Of a stretch of 64,000 nucleotides of DNA, positions 50,018-61,006 are shown piece by piece. The notes beneath the pieces were generated by a model that saw only the letters and a list, made by a program, of their open reading frames with translations, ran no database searches and had not been told where the DNA came from. A program made the translations under genes and the position numbers. Position 1 is the stretch's first letter. Every line of letters begins with the position of its first letter. Source of the stretch: Somniosus microcephalus. Lineage: Eukaryota. Location: the NCBI GenBank assembly GCA_052327205.1, contig CM126202.1:367412001-367476000 (forward strand), in the 5' to 3' direction.

Positions 50018-51104
50018 GCAGCAGCAAGGGAAAGGAAAACAATTTATTTTGTGCTCAGAAATACAAGTTAGTTGACTATGGGGAGGGATTGCCTCTGTAC
50101 ATCAGCTGTAACAAGATCACACACCTGCTTGTAAATACAGGTTTCCTGTTTTGCTACGTATTGTGCACAAAATAAATTTCCCCTATTTTGTATCAGGTTC
50201 AGCCTTGTACTGAAGTAAATGAAACACCGCAATTACTCACATAAAAGTATTGTGGGATATATGTGAAAATAGTATCAGTGTAGAGGACTGAGCTATTTAA
50301 CCCTACGTCAAATATGATTTATAGCACAACTGTTTAGCATCTGTAACAAAGCAGAAAGTACCAGTCTGGCCTATTTTGTCCAAATCTGCCCTCAATAATT
50401 GGCTTAATTAGTGTTTTATCCCATATGTAATAATCTATTTCAGCTGGGTTAAGCTGCACGTGCAAAACATGGCTTTATTATTAATGTAAATCCAAAGGTA
50501 GCACAATGCATTAACATCACTGCACACTTGTGATATTACTGCATGCAATGATTTTGACACAGATGCAAATTACCAAGATACTTTGTTTACCACCTCACCA
50601 AAGTTGAAAAGTAACTTGCCCCAATCAAGAGGGGACTTGTTTCTTTTAGCTACCTTTTAATCTTTACTGTACAATAAAACGAAGGCAATCTTCATGATGA
50701 ACCACAATGGGCTACTTTAGCCTTGGGGTTACATTCAATTATGTCGCTTTTGTACATCTGAAATTTCCCAAAAGCCACAGCCATGTAGGGATGCAATCAG
50801 AACTAATGAGGCCTCACTCCTCATTTCATTTAATTACTGAATGTCCCTTTACACACATTTATGTAACATTTTTTTTAAAAACTGCTTCTCCAAAGATTTT
50901 TCATTTTGTTATTTAGTATTTTTGGAGGTCTATGCAAATCTCTCATTACTCGCATTGTTGAATAGCAGTGAATTACAAATATCAGCTAACAAAAACTAAA
51001 ATCATCTCACCAAGGACCAAATACTAAAAAGGGACAGATCTTAGTTCAATCCTTATTGCATATGCCAAAGATTGCTAAGGAAAAGGTGGGCCATCCATTT
51101 GGGA

Positions 51105-51250
51105 TAGCCTTAACTCACAGCTTAGTGGATATAGTCACATCTCACGATGTGGTACTGATGCAACACCAGACTAAGATCTTTCCAGATTTAGTCCCCTGCC
51201 TATGCCGAATTAGCTGATCTCAGCCACTTGACAAGCGGGACATTGCAGTC
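51105..51250 (+). mobile_element. Decayed SINE head (AmnSINE2-like, from recall)
   Basis: agcttagtgg...gtggtactga...ttagctgatctcagcc. Confidence 0.45.
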
Positions 51251-51611
51251 AACCTTTTTCTTGTTTGTTTTGTAACATGTTGTGACTCATTAGGGGAGCT
51301 GAATCTCGTTCATTCATGTGTATCTGTGAAAAAAATAGAAAAACAAGAGTAGCAGATAAAAAGCCAACTTAAAGCAGGCAAACCTTGGAAGGACTTTATC
51401 ATCATTCAAGTAACAAGGGGTGGTCTCAATAAAAATAGGCCTGCATTTAGACATGAGACATAAACAGGAGCTCTTTAATACCTATAAGCTCGTTAGCAGA
51501 AATGTTGGTGAAGAAGGAAAGCTGTCATATCGATGTGTATTTTCTTAGATTTTTGAGTTATTCATTTTTAGCATAAAAACCCATTTTCTAGTCCAATGGA
51601 TCAGTCTGTTT

Positions 51612-52252
51612 AAAGTTTTAACTCCACAGCATGCGTGTGACATCACTGACAGATTCCCCACCCTGAAGTCAGCTTGATTGACAGCCTTGGCTTCCAGTCA
51701 GGTGGGGAACGCTGGAGAAGAGGCCGCAGCCTCAGGTAGGTCTGAGACCTGACCCTGTGGGGCGTGGGGGCGGGGGGACGGTGGTGATACGATCCCGAGG
51801 AGGTCCTAACCCGGGGGGTCCGATCCCCGACCTTGGGGGCTCGGATCCCTGACCCAGGGGGTCCGATCCTGGGGAAGTCCGACACTCAACCCTGGGCGGG
51901 TCCGATCCTGGGGTGTTGGGGGGGGAAGCTGATGCTGTGGAAGCTTGGGGAAAACACTGCTGCTCCTCCTGGCCCACAAGGAGTGCTCCCTGAGGCTGTC
52001 CTCGCCTCACTGCAGCTGCTGGGATCCCCGGCCAGTCACAGTTAAACCTGCAAAGCAGGTCAAATCCGAGGCTTCCAGCCTCATTACCATATTAAAAGGG
52101 CCAACTCGCCTCCTGGGAGCAGGTTGACTGTCCGCCCCGTCCCGACTCCATAAAAAATGGAAGTGGGTGGGTTGGAGTCGGGATTCAGATTTTTTAACAC
52201 TTTAACCTCCCACGCAACCAAACCTGCTCTTTAGGGGGTTAAAATTCCCCCC
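51612..52252 (-). mobile_element. Harbinger-type MITE family C (one end decayed)
   Basis: End ttaaaattcccccc. Reverse-complement homology to 54949-55723. Confidence 0.7.
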
Positions 52253-54948
52253 TATTTAATTCTATGTAATTTATTTGATTTTGTTAGCAGGTTTGAATAT
52301 GATTATTGTATTTTTGGAATGTATTATAATTTGTATTAATTTTGTTAAGAATACTATATTTTGTATCTTTAAATGTGGAGGAATCATAAAATAATATTAT
52401 CTTAAAGTTATTTTCATACCTGTGCTTTTTGTTTGCTAAGAAAATTCCCTATTTTCTGTGAGCATTTTTGATTGAACCTTTTAGTGTTATCAAATGACAA
52501 ATCACTGGCAAATATCAACTGGCTTTAATCACAGTCAGGTGACCACTGTGCCTAACTCAGGTAAACTAAGAGAATGAGAGCATAAAGGAAGGTAAGAAAT
52601 GATGAGGCAGAATGCAGAATATCCATTAGAGCTGGCCAGATTCACACTGGAAAGATGTCAAATCTTCTTCAGGGTGGCATATGCTTGTGTGAATTACTTT
52701 TTGATTCTTATTTCTGTGTTTTCCCCTTGATCTATCCATAAGGAAAGGGTTATGTTACACTGATAGGTAATGCATGACATATATATAATGCTCTCCTCTC
52801 AATACTGCTTATTAATATAGATTTTTAAGTCATTAGGCACTACTGTTCTGTTTAAAATGTCTAACCTGTCATCACAGCTAGAGTTGGGCATATGCACATT
52901 CAAGTATTTTTATCCTTAAAGGGGAAACACCAGAAAGGGTTATTTGTCCTAATAAGGAAACCAAAAAATTTTGTTTTTAAACTAAAATAGCATTCATAGT
53001 AGATATTTAAAATAACTATGTAGTCAGGCAGTGACCAACTGTGGATTATATATCATTACTGAGGGTTGAAATCCGATTTTATTTTGAGAATTTAGTTTCT
53101 GGGATCTCTTCAATAGTCGGAGTGGGATGTCGGTGACAGATTACTGAAAGACCATAAAATATCTCTGCGAATACACTTGCATTTGTTTAGTGATAAAACA
53201 GAAAAATTGCTTGCTACAGACAGGTTGTTCTCTGTCAAAGTTTGGAATACGATCCTGATGTCAATGTTCTGTGCTTCAGAGGCAACATTGATGCTATCGG
53301 ATTGTATTCAATTTATAGAAACTTTTGAAACTGTGTCAGGTTGCATTTAAAAATAAAATGATGCAGAATTGGCAATGATAGCTGTTTTACAAAAAAGCAT
53401 TTTTGCAGTTCCTTCATCCTGTTGTTAGAGGTATATTAAGCGACTGTAAGAAACTTAAATGATATTTTCAAAAGTGACAAGGAAGCACATAATTTACATT
53501 TAAATAGTGTGTGTCAAAGAAGCGGTTGTACTTTTTTATTATTTGTTGAATAATATATGCCACTGCACATAACAATTGTTCGATAGCAAGGGTTATAAGA
53601 CTAGGAACAATAACTTTAATACGTTTTGTGGAATGGTCACTGCCACAATAATTTGCATTTAAATTGGCACATGCAGAGGTATTTTCGCTCAACATATGCT
53701 GTGACTGACCCTGTTATCAAAGCAGATTTTTTTTATCTCTTTGATGACACGATATTTTATTTGATGAGGTATTTTACTGATGTACTGCTAACATAAATGG
53801 AGATGCTGAATTAACATTAGCATTCACAAGAACGCCTTTTCCCCTGTGGGAGTGCACAAGTCCATAGGAAGAATTAAATGCTGAATTGATGGCCAAGTCT
53901 ACACAATACTATCTTTCATTTATGCTTCCATTTAGCTCAATCAATGTAATACTCAATTTGGAGAAATATGCCATTATTTGAATAAAATTTGATTATCACT
54001 TTTGAATTAGGCACATAGCTGACCTACTCATTGAGGCTGAAAGATATTCCTTAGGTAAAATACAACAAAAAGGGATATTAAGGTGATATTTATGTTAAAA
54101 TTAGTGAAGGAATTAAATTTGCAGCTCCACGCCACTTCACACAGTAGTACGTGATTATTCATAGCACATGATTCCTTCAAACAATCAAGAAATCCGTAGC
54201 AGTTTGTAAACAAATAAGGTGTATACAATGCATCTGAGGGATGATAAACAATCTATGTTGCCCATGGTGCAGAAGCCACTTTTTATCAGGTGTGAAGACC
54301 CAATGCTGACTCTGTGCCTGATGAGCCCTGCACATGTTTTTATGATCCAGAAATGCTTTCACTAATTGGAGCTTGTGCACACATTGAGCACGGGGCTCAT
54401 TAAAGGCTGATTCTGTTGCTAATGAATATGCCCATAACACAATGCCTGGATCTGAATAGCCCCGGTTGGCTAAGCATCCATATGCAATGGACACAGTCAC
54501 AAAAGCCTGCTCCTTTTGGGAAGGCTCTTGTTATTAAAGGTACACTGTTGTTTTCAGACACAACTGCTCCAATGTCCTCTTTGCTGGCTTCCCAACATCC
54601 TCCTTTCATAAAATCTAATTTATCTAAAACTTTGCTGCTATACTATGTCTCATTTGCCCATCCTGATCAACCACTCTCTCCCCAGCCCACTACATATTAC
54701 ATTTAAAATCCTTGTTCTTGTCTATAAATCCCAGTCTCACTCTATCTTAGCAAATTCCTCCAGCCCTATAATCCCTCCTAAATGCTCTACTATTCCACCA
54801 TTCCATTTATCCATCTTCCTTTCACTCACAATTTGTGGTAAATTTTCCAGTCCTATTCTCTGAAAACAAAGTCAGCAACAACAGAAGAAGGCAATGCCAA
54901 CCATGAGGCAGAGCAACTGGCTGCACAATTAGAAGGCCAGACAGCAAA

Positions 54949-55723
54949 GGGGGAATTTTAGCACACAAAAATGGGTGGGTTGGGAGCAGGTTGCGGGTGA
55001 AAATTTTAAAATTCTGAACCCCGATCCCAACTTGTCTCCATCCCACCCAGTTCTGGGTTTTACAGAGGCAAGACAAGGGTCAGGCAGCCAACCTGCTCCC
55101 GGGAGGCGAGTTGGCAATTTAAATATGTTAATGAGGCTGGCAGCCTCTGATTTAATCTGCTTTGCAGCGAGGTGAGGATAGCTTTGGGGAGAAGGTTAAG
55201 TGTCTTCACAGCACTGCTTGTGGATCAGGAGGAGCAGGAGTGCTTCCCCTCGGCCTCCAATGCTCCCCCCCCCCCCACCATCAGAACCCCCTCCCCCATA
55301 CAAAGGCATTGGGGTCGGGGTTTGGATCTCCCCCCACCCCAGAATCGTGGATTGAAACCCCCCCCCGGGATCAGGGATCGGACCCGCACCTGAGATCGGA
55401 CACCACCCCCCCCAACCGGAGTCGTGGATTGGACCTTCTTCGGGATCGATCTCCCACAGGATCGGACCTCGTTCCCACCCTGTGATCAGGGATTGGATCC
55501 CCATTCTCCCCCCAGTGTCATGGATCGGACCTACCTGGTCCTGCAGCCTGCTCCGGAGTGGTCCCCACCCAACTGGAAGCCAAGCCTGTCAATCAGGCTG
55601 GCTTCCGGGCGGGGAACCTGTCGGGGCCAAAAGACACATGCTGTGAAGTTTTAACATTCGGGTTTCTCATCTGAAACTCCAATCCACCCAACCTATGTAA
55701 CCCGACCCTGTTAACATCCAATC
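54949..55723 (+). mobile_element. Harbinger-type MITE family C
   Basis: Begins gggggaatttta. Shares blocks (aggaggagcag, aagccaagcctgtcaatca) with 51612-52252. Right end is degenerate. Confidence 0.7.
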
Positions 55724-58700
55724 TAAAAAGTCATCAAATAGGGTCTCTTCTAAGCTGGCAGTCAAAATTTCAGTATTTCAGAAGAAAAATCAGCTTTTTT
55801 CACTAGGGTTACAGGTTGCTAACCAATCATCAGTTGTAGGGCAGGATTGGAGTTTGTTAACTAAGTATCTACAGGGAAGGATAATCTTAATGGAGAGATA
55901 GCATAAGTGTTAATGATGAGGTATTCAAATGTGGAGAAGAGGCTGTTGGAATAACACAGGTGGGATATTAGGAAGATTGCCTCGCCACCACCACAACGGT
56001 TTGTACGGGGATCATGATGAAACTTGATACCAGGCAGCAGCCTCGGTGAGGAAGAAGAAATCACTGGTGGTTAGTCAGAATTTAGTCAGACCCTGGGATG
56101 TTGATTTGTTCCTAGAACTTGAGTTCATTGAAGAGGAGGGCATTGTTTCAAAGAATGAGTTTTGAAGGGTAATGTGGAAGGAGAGGGTGGTACCAAATCG
56201 TTTGATGGTTCATGGGACAAGAACACACTCTTGGAGATGGGGTGGTTGGAGATGATACTAGTGAAGCCAAGAGGAATGTGGGATTGGGAGGGTGAGGGGA
56301 TGTTGAGTTTAGTAAATTAGCTCCAGAGTTCCGAAGTGAGTGGCGGGGTGCCGGGAGAGGGAATGGGATAGCTAGAGTAACTACTGTAATGGAGCCAGCA
56401 GTGTGTTCCATGTTTGTTGAAAAGAATTGATGATTTACAATATCATTTAAAGGCCCATGCAATCAAACTTTTTCCACAACATAGCATATCATCCACCTTA
56501 TGTCCATCTGGCTCAGAAATCTACAGTGTTTTGTGTAAGCCAGTAAACTATCTATTGTGAAGACAATTAGAAGCATTCAATGTTTACTGGGTATCTGGAC
56601 AAGGTGGCATACATCACAGAATCCTGAAGGAAATGATTAATGAAACAAAAGAAGCTCCCATTAACATCTTTAGAAACTCCATAAATATTGGTGTATCTGA
56701 AAATAGGATGGTGGGTAACACAAATGAGATATTCAGGAAATGAGTGAGAAATGAATCGGGGAATCATAGACCATTTTGTATAATATTGCTAATAATAAAA
56801 ATGTTTCAGAGCTTTTTACAGTACATTATTACTGTTCATCTAAAAACACAGAAGTCATAAAGGGCAGTCAGCATGCTATTTGGCAGCAATAGGTCATATC
56901 TCATGAATCTGAGTAGAATTCCTCGAGCAGGTCATTAAATTAGTAAATGAGCTATCAATATGATATAATTTACGTGTATTTTTCAGGAGCTGTTTAATAA
57001 AGTTGCACAACTGAGGCTTTAAAGACAACTAAGGCAACTAAAGTTAATGACCCTTTAACTCAAGAGATTGAAATTTGGTTTGAGAGCGGAAGGCAGAAGA
57101 TAACGATAAAAGGAAAAGGAATTCTTTGGAAATTGATGACTACTGGAAGAATCTGCTCTAGCTCCCCCACTGCTTAAATGATAAAAGGTTTAAAAAGTTG
57201 CAAAAATTAAGAAGAAATGTTTCTATAGGATGAAAAGACAATATTTAAGATTCCTTAGAGTTATCTGCATGGATTTTATGGTTGTGCAGAGCTTCTGAAC
57301 CATAAAGATTGCTACATTTGTCAACTTGGATGTTGTTTGGTATGATTTATTTTCCAGAAAAGTGTAGAAAAAAATTGGCAAAGAGAGAATTTGAGAGTAG
57401 AATGGAGGTTAACATAAAAGGGAACCCAAAAATCTTCTACCGGCATGTAAACAGTAAACGGGTAGTAAGAGGCGGGGTGGGACCTATTAGGGACAAAGAA
57501 GGTGTTATATGCTTAGAGGCGCAGAGCAAGGCTAGAATACTCAAAGTACTTTGTATCGGTGTTTACTAAGGAGGTGGATGCTGACAAAATATCGGTAGAA
57601 GTGGAAAAGGTAGAAGCAATGGAAGGGGTGAAAATTGATAGACAGGATGTACCAGAAAGGCTGGGTGTGCTTAGAGTGGATAAATCGGCTGGTGTAAGGA
57701 CAATCATAGTAATTACAGGCCAGTCAGTTTAACATCAGTTGTGGGTAAAGTTTTAGAAACAAAAATCAAGGAAAAAATTAACGGGCACTTGGAGAGGTTT
57801 AAGCGAATTAAGGAGAGCCAACACGGATTTGTTAAGGTTGATCATGTTTGACTAATCTAATTGAATTTTTTGATGAAGTAAGAGGGAGGATCAATGAAGG
57901 GAATGCAATGGATGTTGTCTACATGGATTTTAGGAAGGTATTTGACAAAATACCACTTAGAAGGCTGGTTAACAAAACTGAGGCTCATGGAATAGGTGAG
58001 TCAGTGGCAGCTTGGATAAGGAGTTGCCTTAAGGATAGAAAACAGCGAGCTGTGGTAAATGACTGTCTTTCAGACTGGAGGATGATAGACAGTGGTGTTC
58101 CCCAAGGGTCAGTGTTGGGAGCCACTGCTTGTTTTGATACATATAAATGACCTGGGTATTGGAATACAAAGTAAAATTTCTAAATTTGCCGATGACACCA
58201 AACTTGGGGGTGTGGCAAACAGTGAGGATGATACCAAGTGACTGCAACAGGACATAGAAAGGCTAGCAGAATGGACAGACAAGTGGCAGATGGCATCTAA
58301 TACAGGGAAGTGTGAGGTGAAGCATTTTGGCAGAAGGAACAGGGAGAGGCAATATACACTTAATGGCACAGTTTTAAAAGAGTATGCAGGAACAGGGGAA
58401 CCTGGGAGTTAATGTGCATTGGTTCCTGAAGGTGGCAGGACATATTGAGAGAGTGGTTAGCAATGCATATGGGACCTTGGGTTTCATAAATAGAGGTATT
58501 GAGTACAAAATTAGAGAAGTTATGCTGAACTTTTATAAAGCGCTGGTTAGGCTACAACTGGAGTATTGCTTCCAGTTCTGGTCAACACACTTTAGGAAGG
58601 ATGTGAAGGCCCTTGAGAGGGTGCAGAGAAGATTTACCAGAATGGTTCCGGGGATAGGGGATCTTAGTTACAAGGGCAGGTTGGAGAAGCTGGATTTGTT

Positions 58701-58811
58701 TTCATTAGAGCAAAGGCGGTTAAGGGGTGATTTGATAGAGGTGTACAAGATTATGATGGGTTTGGATAGGCTAGACGGGGAAAGGCTGTTCCCACTAGTT
58801 GAAGGTACAAG

Positions 58812-59521
58812 GGCCTAGAAATTCACTATGGCCCCGCCAGCTGGCTCGCGCCCAAAAGTTAGCGCTGGGCGGGAATCCTATAGCGATCGTCAGATATTCA
58901 TTGTTAGCGCCCCAATTCGGAAGCGGGCGCTATACCAGGGTGTGCCCGCCTCCGCTTGGTGCGCTGACACTGAATATCAGCGCTCTTGGCGCCGCTGCGC
59001 CAGGCGCTGCGCAGCGGCAGGCTGCGGTACTGCAGGCCTCCTCCTTCTCTTAAGGGGGAGCTGCCTGCAACAGGGAGATCGCCGCTGGATAGTGCTGGCA
59101 AATGAGCCCGGCACCACGGAGAAGTGCCGGGCTCGCGGAAAGCAGCCGGCAATGCCGCAGGGGGGGGCGTGGAGGAGGCCGGGGAAGGAGGTGCGGGCAG
59201 GCGGCCGCCGCAAAAGCGGCCACCCGCACCTTCCGCTTTAAAGCGCCCCACTAAGGCAGCAGGACGGCCCCATTTTCTGGTCGCTGTTTGCGGCCGCTTC
59301 GGAGGAGGCGGCCACAACTAAATATGGGGATCGGCGCGGTTTCGGGCGGAAACGGGGCACTGCGCACACTGATGACGTCATCGGTGCCGGCGCAGCGCTA
59401 ACGGCTACCGCCGCCAATACCGCTGCGCTGAATATCTGCGCAAACTCATTTTTGGCGCAAAATCACCCTTTAGGCGTTAACTGGGCGCAAAGCTGGCAGC
59501 GCCTTAATGAATTTCTAGGCC
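58812..59521. mobile_element. GC-rich Harbinger-type MITE, family A (inverted relative to 44448 copy)
   Basis: TIR ggcctagaaattca / tgaatttctaggcc, TSD aag. CR1 GTR|TSGH is restored on removal. Confidence 0.95.
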
Positions 59522-59654
59522 AAGGACTAGCGGACACAGATTTAAGGTTCTGGGCAAGAGATACAGGGGGGATGTGAGGAAAAACTTTTTTACGCAGCGA
59601 GTGTTGAGGACTTGGAACTCGCTGCCGACGGAAGTGGTGGAAACGGAGAGACTC

Positions 59655-60498
59655 GGGTCGATTTTCCTGGAGCCGTCAAGCGAGGTTTCAGGCATGTGGG
59701 GGGGGGGGACAATCCCAATTTCGGGGGTCCCGACACCATCCCGTGCAAAACCCGCCACCTCGTAAGTTTCAGGAGAGGCGGGTACCCGCCCCGCACTGGG
59801 ACCCGCCGACCCGAGGCAGGAAGGGATTAGTGCCAATTAACTGCCTGTTAACAGGTAGTTAACAGACAGTTTTTAGCCTAATCCCTCTTTTGAGGGGTGT
59901 CGTGTGGGATTCCCGATGGTTCCAAACCATGGCAGGTTAGAGCAGGCGGGCTGTCGGGTTGAAGGACTTGGAGGGGTCGCGATGTCGGTGTTCAGGTGAG
60001 TGATGGGTGCATGAGTGCAAAGGTAAGTGTGTTTGGTGTGTCTAAAGTGTGTAAAGAAGTTTAAATTACCTGTACTTACCGTAACAGCCTTTCTTCCTCG
60101 AGGTTTTGGGAGTCCATCACTCAGCCGGCACTGAAAGCAAAATGGCTCTGCGAGCTGTCAAAAGTGACAGCCTTCAGCTTTCATTGCCGGTGAGACTTCT
60201 AACTGAGTCTGTGTAGAATGACTCAGGTTAGAAGTAAGGCTGTCAGTGTTTGACAGCTTCAAACATCTGTGAAACACTGATACTTCATCTGCCAAGACCT
60301 CTTGACAGATGAAATTTCAGTCTGTGACGTCACCTGTTGCCGGGTGGCCCTTAATCGGCCCGCTGAGCCCGCTGGGTGGGCTTAACAAGGTCAATCAAGG
60401 GAAAATCGCGTAGATTGGCCAAAAGTCGATGTAGGTGGGACTAAAACCCGAAAGTTGTTGTCCCGCCTCCTTCCCGACAGCTTTATGAAAATCTACCC
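59655..60498. mobile_element. Non-autonomous Harbinger-type element (MITE family B)
   Basis: TIR gggtcgattttc / gaaaatctaccc, TSD ctc. Homologous to 7893-8726. Confidence 0.9.
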
Positions 60499-61006
60499 CT
60501 CAATGTTTTCAAGGGGAGCCTGGATAGGCACTTGAGGGAAATAAACTTGCAGGGCTACGGGGATAGGGCGGGGGAATGGGACTGACTCAATTGCTCTACA
60601 AAGAGCCGGCACAGACTCGATGGGCCAAATGGCCTCCATCTCTGCTGTCATGCCTCTATGACTCAAAGGCCTAGAAATTCAGTCTGGACACTTTTGGGGC
60701 GCTAAAGTCGGGCGCTCGCTAAAGTTAGCGGCCGCCGAAATTCAGTAGAGTTGGCCCTAAGTTTGGCCGAGCGCTGAAACTGGCGTTGAAATGCTGTGTT
60801 CCGGCGCTAAGCCGGCGATGCGGCCTAATAACGCCGAAGCCGGGCGCAGCGCAGGTGCGGTCATGTTTTGATTGACAGCAGACACCCTGACGCCGGCCAG
60901 CTCTTAAAGGGGGAAGGGTCAACTTTGACTGCTGCCACGCCCTGCATACTGGAGCCCTGCAGCTAGGCCTCAGCACTACTGGTGTGCCAAAATAGCGCCT
61001 GGAGCA

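Larger units (their letters stand above)
57361..60664 (+). mobile_element. CR1 LINE ORF2 and 3' tail, decayed, interrupted by two MITEs
   Basis: NIKGNPKIFY, MDFRKVFDK, GVPQGSVLG, FADD, VQRRFTRM, WNSLP, tail gggccaaatggcctcc...ctctatgactc. Confidence 0.9.

Noticed and set aside
26534-59321. Overlapping 100-170 aa ORFs in the GC-rich MITEs
   Set aside because: Expected from stop-codon scarcity in GC-rich DNA. No domains, and frames are not maintained between copies.
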